DNA from: Octopus bimaculoides
Lineage: Eukaryota
Assembly (NCBI RefSeq): GCF_001194135.2
Contig: NC_068992.1
Span: forward strand, 53,116,112-53,180,111
Direction of reading: 5' to 3'
Length of the DNA: 64,000 nt
How positions within the stretch are numbered: position 1 is the stretch's first letter; every line of letters starts with the position of its first letter. The notes under the pieces were generated by a model. The model did not search any database. It was not told the origin of the DNA and saw only the letters and a list, made by a program, of their open reading frames with translations. The translations under genes were made by a program, and so were the position numbers. Below, piece by piece: positions 38,747-51,933 of the stretch.

Positions 38747-39406
38747 TGCAAGATTGGGCTGAAAAGTTCATACGCTAACATTCAAGAAGGAATCCTAGAG
38801 CTGCGAAATCTTGCATGCATCTGTTTGAAGCCCTTCTTATTGATTACTACATTGTTTCCTTTCAAGTGAAATGTTATCTGATTTTGCAAAGAAGGCTTCA
38901 AGAATAACTATTAGTGACCTGTCTTGAAACTGAACAACATGCGGCACCATAGTATTATCAAGTGTTTGCAGAAAAAGGGTTCAACTTCGAACGACATTCG
39001 TGCTCATATCGTTGCTACATTAGGGAACGATGCTCCAGCTTTGTCGACAGTACAAAGTTTAGAAGGGAAGGGAGAATCTTGAAGACGACTTAAGAAATGA
39101 CCGTCCAGCACCGACGAGGAAAACGTTGACTTTTTTTACCACATGGTGCCAGATGGCAAGTGTTTGACTATACATCAGACAGATAATGCTATTAGCATCT
39201 CCCGTGAGAGAGTTAAGACGTTTCTGCAGAATGAAATAGGCATAAGGAACTCTTCTGATCGGTGGGTTAAACATCTTCTAACACCTGATTAAACGCGCAT
39301 GAGGGTGATGAATTGATCCCATGTAAGGAACCTGACCTTCCTTCAGGCAGATCCAGATAGTTTCTTTAAACGTTTCTAAACACAAGACGAGTGTTTGGTT
39401 CATAAC
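38747..39406 (+). mobile_element. mariner transposase relic (5' end, HTH region through first catalytic D)
   Basis: HSIIKCLQKKG...VATLGNDAPALSTVQ...LEDD...DEENVD...AISISRERV...RWVKHLLTPD...TQDECLVH matches the mariner N-terminus and the TxDE(T/C)WVH motif. A TIR-like GGGCTGAAAAGTTCAT lies at the 5' end. The relic is truncated by a microsatellite. Confidence 0.88.
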
Positions 39407-40528
39407 ATATATATGTGTGTGTGTGTGTGTGTGTAAACCTCACATTCATTCAAATGTATGTATAGAACATAATAATTCCACGTTCTTAATTTTAGTAATC
39501 ATATAAATAGGGGCGAGATTCTTAATTTCAGTAATCACATACGTGCATGGAACTCAGATTATATCTTAAAAGATCTGATGCAACATCTTGTGGGTATGTA
39601 CCAAGCATTTTAGAAGGTAATTAAGGAATTCAGAATGCATGAGAGAATAATTGAGACTATATTATTTGCCCCATTTGTAATACATGACAATAGCAATAGA
39701 CAGTTGCAAAAGTTAGCAGTTTTCTTAAGTCCTTATGCAGATAACTTCTGCCTGTTTGGTTTTTGTGTATATTTCTGCCATATTTTCATGTGTATTTGAG
39801 TATGAAATCCTATTAGTGATATTTCAACTATCATAGATATAAAGAGAGAAATATATAGATATAGCAGATGGAAATGAGAGGTTAGTACAAGGTGAACATG
39901 AGATGAAGTGAGAAAACATATGTGATACATAATTTATAGGGAAATACATGAACTCAAGACAAAATACTGTAACAGAGAAAGAGTCAGAACTACTCAAACA
40001 GAGAAAAAGCGCGGCAGATAAATTTTATATGAAAGCCAGGAGTACCTTAGAGAGTTGGAATAAAGGAAATATAAAGACTGAAATTAAAATACGTATGTGC
40101 GAAAGAGACATAGAAATTGTGTATGGCATATTAACTCGATAAGAAGGAGAAGACTGGAAAGGAGTCTATTTGAAAGATCAAGTGAGGAATATAAACTGAG
40201 ACAGAAACTGGAAGTAGTACATCTACGAACGTGGGTTTGCCCTTCGACTCTGGTTCGCGTGTTTTTAATGGTACGTGTATTGTGTATGACTTTGTGCGCA
40301 CATGGTTTTATTAAACTGTCGATATGGATTTGTGCATACATGTTTCGAGTTATACGTTTATTTATTTGTTTATGTGATCGTATTTTGTGTGTCTGGAACG
40401 AAATTGGTATTTGCAACTATGAATTTTAATAGGAATTAAATAGATACAAGAAGAGAAAATAAGAGATTAAATTTGAATGATAGAAAGAGTGAGGATTCCT
40501 GAGAATATATACATGCATGCATGCATAC

Positions 40529-40565
<37 letters not shown>

Positions 40566-40725
40566 NNNNNNNNNNTACTGTATGCGAGCGCTTTTGTGCA
40601 TAAATGAGTACCATTATGTATAAGTGTAAAATTGTCTGTACATGCTTATACCCAAGCACGCTTACGTGTGTGTGTGTACGTGTGTGTTTGAGTATGTATG
40701 TGTGTGTGTATGTGTATGCGTGTGT

Positions 40726-40786
<61 letters not shown>

Positions 40787-41529
40787 TTTCACTGAATGAA
40801 TGAATGAAATCATTGGCAAACATGAACTTTAATAGGAATTCGGAAAGGCAGAATTAATGTAAATAATAATTCATAAGTGACCATGAATATATTATATACA
40901 GCGCACAGACAGATGTCTAACAGATACTTGTAAACCCATATATATATTTCTATGAATGCGTGGACACAAACACACTAACCCACATATGCGCAAACACACT
41001 GAAAAACGAACACATATACTCATATTCATATGGATACTCATCACTCATGACTATATGTAAACATCCATTAACGTACACGCAAAGAGAAGCAATAATGATT
41101 GCACATCGCCTCATGCATAGACATATACAAAATCGTAAGCGTACAAATAAATAAAATGGACATAAGAGACACACACGTCTATCTATTTATCTATTTAACT
41201 ATCTGTCTAGATATATATATATATATATATANNNNNNNNNNNNNNNNNNNNNNNNNNNNNNNNNNNNNNNNNNNNNNNNNNNNNNNNNNNNNNNNNNNNN
41301 NNNNNNNNNNNNNNNNNNNNNNNNNNNNNNNNNNNNNNNNNNNNNNNNNNNNNNNNNNNNNNNNNNNNNNNNNNNNNNNNNNNNNNNNNNNNNNNNNNNN
41401 NNNNNNNNNNNNNNNNNNNNNNNNNNNNNNNNNNNNNNNNNNNNNNNNNNNNNNNNNNNNNNNNNNNNNNNNNNNNNNNNNNNNNNNNNNNNNNNNNNNN
41501 NNNNNNNNNNNNNNNNNTATATATAATAC

Positions 41530-41775
41530 AAAATGGGACAAGAACCCCAAAATCCAGACAGGTGATACAAAAAAGGGACAACAAACCATCCAGATAGACG
41601 ATATACAGAAAACCGGGACAGGTCATTCGGAGTTTTCTTTCTTCAGTCGAGATCCACATTATCTTTGCAATTTCGGCTGGTTATTCTCGATATTGCTCCA
41701 ATCTGGTCTAAGCGATAAGAGTTTCCGTTATACTATCGGTATAATTACCTATGTTAACCCTGGACGTACAAGTGC
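41530..41775. repeat. interspersed repeat of unknown class
   Basis: GC-richer block (GGTCATTCGGAGTTTTCTTTCTTCAGTCGAG...GCAATTTCGGCTGGTTATTCTCGATATTGCTCC) next to a gap. It resembles a common octopus repeat from memory only and is single-copy in this window. Confidence 0.35.
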
Positions 41776-42029
41776 AAGCATATTATTCTCATAGGTTGCA
41801 GGTAATGACAAAGATTAATATGAGTTTATCAGGAATCAAATTTAAACTAAACAGAAAATAGAGAATATTGATCAACAACAATTGACTTAAATCAATTATT
41901 ATTTGTTATTTCAATACAAATAGACTGTATGCCATCTAACAGCTGTTTCTGCTTCCAGTAGTTATATGGTATTGGCATTTAAAATTCTAAAAATAATATT
42001 CATCATATTTGGTAAAACGTCCGATCTGG

Positions 42030-42224
42030 AACATGTTAGATAGGATACAGTCTATTTGACCTCGAAATAACCAGTCCGAAACTTTGACACCCAGATTTTC
42101 ACTTTGTAGTAGGATGGGCAACCACCCTACTTCAAGACTTCCCTGATTTCGCCATGGATTTTGTCACTCCTTTGTTTTGCAAAAAGAGCAACTTCATGAC
42201 CACCCGATATATTTATGGTATCAT
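42030..42224 (-). mobile_element. mariner transposase N-terminal fragment
   Basis: YRVVMKLLFLQNK...KIHGEIREVLK*GGCPSYYKVKIWVSKFRTGYFEV matches the mariner HTH consensus YRAVIKFL..IH.E..V.G..PSY.TV..W..F..G. Confidence 0.75.
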
Positions 42225-43227
42225 ATTGACTGGAAACTATCTAACAAAATATAAAGCATGGTTAGTAAGATCTAAAGAGACATAAGCTAATTCGTATACA
42301 CAAGAGGTCTTCAGGTCGCATTTCCGCGGGAAACTACAGGTTTCAGTGTAGAGATGTTATGCTAGCGTAAATGGAGGCTGACCGGATGTAGTGTGTTTAT
42401 CAATCGGTTATATGCACAACGGAACACAAGCATAAAGAAGCAGTTATCAAGTATGAATATAGTTTATAAAATATTTGTACTTATTTTGAAGATAAATGCA
42501 AATATACTTAAAGGAAATGTGTGTGTGTGCGTGCGTGCGTGCGTCATGAAGTCAGAAAGAGCTAGGACTACACAATGCAAGGGGCTAAATATAAGTGCTT
42601 TGAGTTCCAAAGCACCATTAAAGAGGAAAAAGCATTCAGTTATGCTAACTCACTTTCAGTATCCGTGTGTTTTCATAGGTATGTATAATCATACACACAC
42701 TTCATAGATGCACATACACACATACACAGAATCTGATACACACACACACATATATACTTACATATGCGCATACATATGAATATATGTCTATATGTACATA
42801 CACAAAAATACGTATATACAATTAATCAATGCAACATCCCCATACAATCTGTGCTGAATCAGGATGAACTTAGTAAAACGTTACTCAATGACAGACGATG
42901 TTAATATACTTGCACAGCTGATGAAATTATTTAGTGAAACCAGCATCCGAAGATGTAACATATGAACATTACCATACTTTTCGTGTTACTGAAAGCAAGG
43001 GAAATGAAGCTTGTGACATTAATAGCTAAAAGATCATTATCTTAATAGCATTACTTATATTCTTGTTACTGGTGATCATTGCAATAAAAATATTAATACA
43101 GTTGATATTACATCTATTGTATTACTTCGTAGTCTAGAAATGTTTTGGAATCTGTCACAGCAGGATTTTGAATACATTGTATACCAGCAGAACATGATAA
43201 CACCAACATATTCTTTTCTACTCTAGG

Positions 43228-43365
43228 CAGAAGGCTTGAATTTTTTGTTGAGGGGGCCAGTCGATTAGATCGACCCTAGTACGCAAATTATACTTAATTT
43301 ACCAAGACTGAAAGGATGAAAGGCAGAGTCGACCTCGGCGGAATTGGAACTTAGTACGTAAAGGT
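43228..43365 (-). mobile_element. SINE family A partial copy
   Basis: GGGGGCCAGTCGATTAGATCGACCCTAG...GAAAGGATGAAAGGCAGAGTCGACCTCGGCGGAATTGGAAC. Confidence 0.8.
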
Positions 43366-43379
43366 CGACTGCTGCTAAT

Positions 43380-43827
43380 GTATTGCAAATATTCATAAAT
43401 AACATTTGTGAATTACCGGTAAAGTTTTGAGAAATCGCATTCGAAAAGATCTCGCGTATCGGTAGCACTATATTCTCCCAAAGTTCTATTCTCTTCACAG
43501 CTGAACTTGCTGAAAGTCTGATACTTCCAATCAAATCGACTTCCTCAGGACACAAGTCATTTACTTCTTCCATCATATACTCTTTGATGAAGCTGCAGTT
43601 AGTACAATGTTTTGCCTCGCTCTGCCATCCTATGACCTATTTTGTAACTTGTACGAGTGATAGATCCTTTTCAGCAAACATTCACATGAAGAGAATGGTT
43701 AAACGCAGCAACGCAAGTTAAAACACAATCGCTGCAGGAATGAAATCTCATTGCAAGTACTTACACAAAAGATGCTGTTAAGTGGCGAGCCGGATCGGGC
43801 CCGCGGACTGTAGTTTGGTGAGCTCTG
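43380..43827 (-). mobile_element. hAT (Charlie/Buster/SPIN-like, GTF2IRD2-type) transposon relic with 5' TIR
   Basis: The minus strand starts CAGAGCTCACCAAACTACAGTCCGCGGGCCCGATCCGGC, a Charlie-type terminus. It then encodes HRMAERGK..FIKEYMMEEVNDLCPEEVDLIGSIRLSASSAVKRIE, matching the GTF2IRD2/SPIN pattern GKPF.DG.FIKECM..A..LCPEK..F..ISLS..V.RRIE. Confidence 0.8.
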
Positions 43828-46800
43828 GCATAGACTTACAGGGGCTATGAACAATGTGCGTAGGGAGACTATTATGACACCTAGTTGATATATTCCCTCT
43901 TCTGAAACTTAGATTATCTTTTTCACAACAATTTTACGTTGTATCATACTGAAAATACCAACTGTGAGTAGATATTTAAACGTAAATATACATTTTTGGT
44001 ACAAAGTTCTACGAAGGGAAGCGAGTGAAATACCTGCAGTATTTGGCATTTCTTTTTATCTTCTTTACAATTCAGAAATTTATTACTCATCATTCAATAC
44101 TTGATATCTTTAGACTTCTAAATAGATCATATTCTAGCGTCCGAGATATTTTACTTTTAGTAACATTACAATTAACAACATTAACAACAACAACAACAAC
44201 AGTAATTCAGAGAAAATGTTCTAATGACTGTTGTAATAATGTACAGTAAAATGAAGCAATTATTGCTATATACCAGCGGCACCTGAAATAGCTTCGTGTT
44301 GGTGTATAAAGAACGAAAAGAAAAGCGTTGAACATTCAGAAATATATTATAATTCAGATGTAAGATCTGTCATTAGAAAGAACTGTTGAAATATTTAAAT
44401 CCTAATGCCATTCAATCAGATATGTACATTCTAAGATTATGTTGGTGTCAGCACAGAGGAATATTTTGAATTGGATCGTTGCCAATTCAGATCTGGCACT
44501 ATTTCTTGTTCCAAGAGGTAAAAATGCAAATACTGACTCCAAATTTGAGTATCAAAAACGTGTTTTTGCATTTCATGAAATAAATACATTATAATGGATC
44601 AGATATTCTAGGGCTATTCTCAAAAGAATGAAACGAAAGACGAATAACCAGTATTCGAAATAGAAGGAATTTTTGATTGAATAAATTTCAAGTAAAGTTA
44701 GATGAATGTAAAACAGGTTACATACAAGAGAAATAGAATTACACACACTTTCTCACACATACATATATGCGTGCGTGTGTAATGATATGCATATCCATAT
44801 TGTTGATGCTATTAAAGAGCGAAACTGGAAACATATAAACGTAAAGAAATAATGATACATGTGGATTTGTGTATAAGTAAGAATACGATACATGAGAAAA
44901 TAGTGAAGCACGTTGATGTCAAATATCAGATTCTGTAATACTACACACATCTGCTCCGAATTTGTAAAAAAAAATATGGCGCTTAAAATATGAGACACAA
45001 TGTAATCAGACAATATAATCAGACGTTTCGAAGCACTAAAACTTCGAAAATGCAAATAGCTGAATTGCAATAAAACACATTCATAATAGGTTAATAGAGT
45101 GAATAATATAACCAAAATTCAAGTATCTTTAATACTGATCGCCCCAACGACGTCAAGTGTCGCAATTAACTATAATCTATTAAGCATCATAGAATCACCT
45201 CATATTCGCTTCGTGAGTGTTTTCTTGTTATTAGGTGCTATGGTGCAAATAGCATTCGTTTTGCTGCATAGTCTTGATTTTTTTTAATCTGTCAAGCTAC
45301 AACTGATTAATCATTATATTGTGTTGTTGTCAGACGCAATTTGTGTTATGTCTGTGTTTAGAAACTTACATAAGAATACAGATGTTAAACAGGTGCAAAT
45401 TTTCAAAAGAAATAGTTGATGCAAATCTTCAAACCAAAAGTTGAGCATGCTTGCTGAGTTATTTATAAAAAATACCGACAATTATGAATGATATTTTTTT
45501 CTCTAAGTTTATCGAGATTCCTCAAACACATTCGACAATATATTATGTGCGAGAATCCTGGTAAGATTATTGAATGACGTTTATTTATTGTCTCTGGCTT
45601 TCTCAGAGTAATTCGGCTTAATCGTTGCAGTTCAACTCATGATTTTCGTTAGGTATAAAAGCTTTGTATAAGACAACACATTAGGTGTTGTCTCATGAAA
45701 GGAACTTTTGTAAATAAACGACGACGAGTTGAAATGCTGATATGAACCGGGAGATATTTAGTCCTATTCCTGAGATATAATGTACTGCTGCCTATGTATA
45801 TAAACGTTCATACTGACAGTGCTTTTCCTCACAGTTCCCCCTTCAAAAGTATGACAATATGCCATTTGTGAAACAGGGAAACCCTAGAGAGAAACGTGTC
45901 GAAAGCACCATTTAGTGGTATCGAATGGGATTCTATATATCCATGACTTTTCACAAAAGCAGAAATAAATAATAGTCTGAAACTTATTTGGTGTAGCAAA
46001 TTTGAGTTTATTCTATAATATCATGTGAAATCAGGCTCTTCATCCTTATTTGAAGTTCATCTACTTGACTTAAATTAAACACAACCGTATATATTACTGC
46101 TATGTATATCAGTACCAATAGATAAAGAAATGGAAAGCATCAGTGAAGACATTTCTAGAAACCTGAAATCAGGTACAAAGTTAACGCAACTAAATGCTGC
46201 AAATATATTTGGAAATGACACTTAACTGTTTTTACGAAATAGTCGGCAGCTAGCAAATGCAAATCAAATTATCGATAGTCAAGGAAAAATCGATAAAATC
46301 TTCAAATATGTACACGATGACACGGCTGCAACCGAGCTACAATGGCGGAAACATTTTAATTCAAAACCGTAATTTAAGTACTTAACCACACCTCTATGTT
46401 CTAGCCTTCTCGTTCCATTAGGCTTCATTCGTGCATCCAATATTGTGGCTGATTTTATAACATGTCGTTCGTATTATTGCTTCTCATCTAATTCTATTCA
46501 CAACACGAATCTGCTGCAAATATTTGAAAAGTAGATTTTCATCTACATGAAGTGTTTCGGATAACATTTTAATAAAATGTATTTGTCATATGAGAATACT
46601 TTACTTTCAAATGCAGATAACTATCAGTATTTTTAGTCTCTTCTTTTAAATTTATTAGTAATATTGTATTTTAGTATTAGCCTACAACACTTACACTCTC
46701 TTCACACATGTGTTAACGTGCACAGAAGTATTTTTTCCTCGTTATACTACACATATAGATGATGATTATGATAAAAATCATGAATATCTAAGGTTGTTGG

Positions 46801-47768
46801 TAACAAGATCATTCAGGTATCAGTTCAATTTTGAGGCTCTGTGATGTTTCACAGCATACCTGATGCAAACAGTTCTCGTTTCATAGACAGAAAGTACATT
46901 TGGCAGACCAACGGCTCTTTATATCTCTCCCATGATCTAGAGCTGGAAAACGAATGGTTCTATAGCTTCTACTGAAGGCATTCGGTTGTGGGATTTTTGC
47001 TAATGCTGGTGAAGATGGCGAAAACCCTGCTAAGATATAGGAGCCAGTCTTTGCCAAATAAAGTGCACGACTTGACCGTTATTATATGTGCCATGGTCAC
47101 ATGGCACATATAACATGCTGCCTATATAATGTGCTGCTTATAAAACTTCAGTTTTATATATACTCCTTGTGATTTTGCATTCATCGCAGTAAAATAAGAT
47201 GTATACGCACTGCTTTACTTCTTCACCTTAGCCTTTCTCTGTATGATTTACTTATAGGCAGCACGTAAGAGTTTGGCGAAATCATCCCTTCTGTACCACA
47301 AAATTGTATTCACTATGAGAGAAAAAGGCTTGAAGACAAACACAATTCTCGCACAAGATTTTCATTAACACTGTTTGTGGTTTTTAAATACTTCCAGATG
47401 TACTGCATCATGCAAACATCCCTTAACGAATTGTCAAATCGTAGTGATAAATTGATCAAACTAACTGCATTTAGTTATGATTTTCCCGAATCTCTTAAAC
47501 GGCTGAATCGCTCAAATGTCTTTCCACACACGCAATGATTTCTCCTGATCAAAATCCAGTATACAAAAAAGTACATTAAGACATACATAAACATACACAG
47601 AAACACACGAATTTATATAATATAAATCAGAATATATATTTATATATGTGTGTGTGGATGTTTGAGGACGTGTGTGAACATGAGGAAAACTATGTAAATG
47701 TATATGCATTCATGTATAAATATATGAATACAAATACACACACATATATGTACAAATATATGTATGAG

Positions 47769-47815
<47 letters not shown>

Positions 47816-47825
47816 NNNNNNNNNN

Positions 47826-47871
<46 letters not shown>

Positions 47872-50260
47872 TTATATAATATACATTTATATGATGCGGT
47901 ATATGAATGTGTGCGTGCGTTGTCCATATATTTACAATAGGTTTATTAATAAAGACATATGAGAGTTTAAAACTTTAAGTAGATCTCATCAAATACATAA
48001 GTAGAACTGTCTATAGTATATAGAAGTATAGAGTTGAGTAGAAAGAAGACGTAACATTCTCTCTTATTGCCAAACTAGAAGTGTCAGTTTTTAAAACTTA
48101 TATTTCACAAGGAGAAAAGACATTAACCTTATGTCAGGAATTATCCGAAACGCTTCGATAAGATAACTACAATATAATCTTTATGAATTTGAGATTGATG
48201 CTTCTAATATAAGTTAATATAACTTTATAATTGAAAAGCGGTCAGACACCGAGACTGCTGAGTATTAAAGAACGACCTGAAATCAGGGAATTCTGTGAGA
48301 TTATTTTGTTAATCTTGCAGACATACATATGAAAACCTTCAAAAATATATCATTATGTTCTTTTGCGTGAGCTAAATGTGAGGTTAAGCAGAAATAATGT
48401 AGTATTAAGATAGAATTACTTCCTTTTGGTAAAGTAAACCATTAATGAACCGAGACGTTACTCTTTCTTATATAGAGAGGGTAAGGAGAAAATCCATCTT
48501 GTATCTGAAAATTTACTTTTTGATCTTACGAACATAGAATCATTTACGTCGTTTCTTTCATTTGCATGTTTTTTATGTATTGTAATAAGTTGCATCAAAG
48601 TAGATAATGACTTGATTTCATAGCTAGGTTGACCTCTCTGATCTCCAGTCTGGCACCGATAATATGATCCTTTCAACGGAGCTGTAATAGTAAAGTGCCA
48701 GTAAAGAGTAGCCTTCGGCGAATCAGTTTTAGCGAAGAGTAACGCTTGTCAGTAATCTACACCTAATGTACCACTCATAATGAAAATCTGACAGAAATTC
48801 TAGGTGACTGCCATATTCTATAATATCAAAGTTTTTACAAATTATTCCTTTCACAGAATTATATTGGTTAAAGTTCGCTTCGTCTGTTGCTTCACTTACA
48901 ATCAATTACGCTTACAATCTACGTCATACCACTGAAACAGAAATGGTAGTATATATAGTGCGATCGTATATATAGATAGATAGATCATTGCATATATACA
49001 CTCTTACCTTCTGACCCTCGAAAGTTACGATTCAGAATGAAGTGGCTACTTCATGCATGTCAATTTTGCTTGCATTAAATATCATTAACATTTTCCATTA
49101 TACATTTTTCATGTATTAGCTTTTATTTATACATTTGATACGAAAGTTGTAATACGTATACCGCTATTGATTGCTTTGAAAAGATGAAAGCAACAGGGGA
49201 ATGGGTACCAATTCGTTACAGACACATGTATCCATATAGAAGCTTTAAAAATGTCATTTTCATTTACATTTTAGATTTAGTGGGGCTATTTTCGAAAAAT
49301 TCATCTTGCTTCTTGCATACGTATTGTTTAATGTATCAATGTTGTTTACCTCAGACTACGCCTTTATTCATTAGTTTTCTAATGAAAGGCATTTCAAAAT
49401 TCTCTATATTGAACACAGTTTATATCATTTTAAAATGGGAGAATTGTATGGTAGAAAAGATATTTGGTTGGTATGTCTAGTTGGTTAATCAAATGATCAT
49501 TTGCTATCTCACAATACTATCACGTCACAGTGAAGAGGAAATGGTTTATTTCTATCACTTTCATGAAATAATCATCTGCCTTATAATACAGAAATCCCTT
49601 TCAATTATAACATAATTTCATAAAACGCATGACAATGTGAACTGAAAATTATTTCAGCTGCAATTCAAACAATTAGTCTAAGCGTGTGGGTTCGGGTTTA
49701 GGGTGTCTGATGTACGATCATAATGTATGTTTAATTAGCAGAAGGCTCTCTGTACCTTTGATCAATGGGATTCATTTCATGTTCATCCAATCTAATTAAT
49801 GTGAGGTTTCTGGCGCAGCTTTCATAATGGCGCTGCCTTAGTAGTGCCAGGACCTATGAATGCCACAAGTATTAAGATCTATTCATTAAAATGAAATGCT
49901 AAAGGAATTATATCAATTTATACATATCCAGTACGCTCAATTACTGTTAGGATTTTGAATATAAGGAACATGAAGTATATGACTGGGTTAAATTAACCTC
50001 GTGTCGCTCTTCGCTGAGTTTACTTATTTTACTGTATTTTAACGCAGGACATGCAGCCAGAAGAATGTTGCTGAGCATTTTGTCTTCCGCAGTAAATATG
50101 CTGCCAACTAACCGCTTTACTATTTAATAAAAATTATTATTAATTTTAGCAATTCGTTTGGTGTGTGTTCGAGAGACATTTAAAAATTGTTTATCTCTTC
50201 CTTCCCATATGCTCTCGCTTATTCATTCACTTAATGAATACTTGTAAACAAACACACTCT

Positions 50261-50301
<41 letters not shown>

Positions 50302-50574
50302 ATATGAAAGAATGAGTAGAGATGGCTTTAACTCAGTGTAAACATCATTATCACAAGTAAAATAAAAATTATCCTATCAAAAGAGACATCTCTACTCATT
50401 TTTTCAAATATATATAATACTGTTCCAAGAACTTTCTCTTTATTATTCTACTATATATATGTGTGTGTTTGTTTGTTTATGTATATATATGTATGTACGT
50501 AACTATATGGATACATATATTTATCTATGTAGTGTATATGTATATATGTATTTATATATATCAGTCACTTACTT

Positions 50575-50750
50575 TGGTTGAAGGCCAGCGATTTTGGGGG
50601 AAATGATAAATCGATTGCATCAACCTAGTGCCCTACTGGTATTTATTTTATCGAACCTCATATGATGAAAAGCAAAGTCGACATCGGTGCAATTTGAACT
50701 CAATAGGCAGAGTATTTTCCCCGGCGTGCTAATAGTTCTGGCAGTCTCCA
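50575..50750 (-). mobile_element. SINE family A copy
   Basis: GGCCAGCGATTTTGGGGG...CTACTGGTATTTATTTTATCGAACC...GCAAAGTCGACATCGGTGCAATTTGAACTC...CCCGGCGTGCTAATAGTTCTGGCAG. Confidence 0.8.
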
Positions 50751-50995
50751 GAACTATATATGTAGATATATTGAAATATTTGTGTGTATGTGTGTATTTG
50801 GGCCTATGTGTGAGTGTCTGTAAGTGTGTGTATGTGGGGATTGTCACTATCATCTCAATGATGAGACACATGAAAGTTTAAAAAATTTAGACAGGGAAAT
50901 ATATTTTACATAAGGATAAATGAGATTCTATATTGGATACTTCCCATGACTAATCTTTCGCGGTATACTTCAATTCCTACCACCAATAATTCATA

Positions 50996-51368
50996 GGCGC
51001 AGGAGTGGCTGTGTGGTAAGTAGCTTGCTTACCAACCACATGATTCTGGGTTCAGTTCCACTGCGTGGAACCTTGAGCAAGTGTCTTCTTCTATAGCCTC
51101 GGGCCGACAAAAGCCTTGTGAGTGGATTTGGTAGGCGGAAACTGAAAGAAGCCCGTCGTATATATATATATATGTATATATATATATGTATGTGTTTGTG
51201 TGTCTGTGTTTGTCCCCCCAACATCGCTTGACAACTGATGCTGGTGTGTTTACGTCCCCGTAACTTAGCGGTTCGGCAGAAAAGACCGATAGAATAAGTA
51301 CTAGGCTTCCAAAGAATAAGTCCTGGGGTCGATTTTCTCGACTAAAGGCGGTGCTCCAGCATGGCCGC
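50996..51368 (+). mobile_element. tRNA-derived SINE, family B composite (best-preserved copy)
   Basis: The head has GGCGCAGGAGTGGCTGTGTGGTAAG (box A) and GGGTTCAGTTCC (box B) and runs to GAAAGAAGCCCGTCG. A (TA)n/(TG) tract follows, then a 3' module ending GACTAAAGGCGGTGCTCCAGCATGGCCGC, cut by a gap. Confidence 0.9.
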
Positions 51369-51889
51369 NNNNNNNNNNNNNNNNNNNNNNNNNNNNNNNN
51401 NNNNNNNNNNNNNNNNNNNNNNNNNNNNNNNNNNNNNNNNNNNNNNNNNNNNNNNNNNNNNNNNNNNNNNNNNNNNNNNNNNNNNNNNNNNNNNNNNNNN
51501 NNNNNNNNNNNNNNNNNNNNNNNNNNNNNNNNNNNNNNNNNNNNNNNNNNNNNNNNNNNNNNNNNNNNNNNNNNNNNNNNNNNNNNNNNNNNNNNNNNNN
51601 NNNNNNNNNNNNNNNNNNNNNNNNNNNNNNNNNNNNNNNNNNNNNNNNNNNNNNNNNNNNNNNNNNNNNNNNNNNNNNNNNNNNNNNNNNNNNNNNNNNN
51701 NNNNNNNNNNNNNNNNNNNNNNNNNNNNNNNNNNNNNNNNNNNNNNNNNNNNNNNNNNNNNNNNNNNNNNNNNNNNNNNNNNNNNNNNNNNNNNNNNNNN
51801 NNNNNNNNNNNNNNNNNNNNNNNNNNNNNNNNNNNNNNNNNNNNNNNNNNNNNNNNNNNNNNNNNNNNNNNNNNNNNNNNNNNNNNNNN

Positions 51890-51933
<44 letters not shown>

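Noticed and set aside
46835-46975. 46-codon frame (...TNGSLYLSHDLELENEWFYSFY*) faintly like a cadherin repeat
   Set aside because: Bounded by stops, lacks the DxE/LDRE and DxNDN motifs, and has no adjoining repeats.
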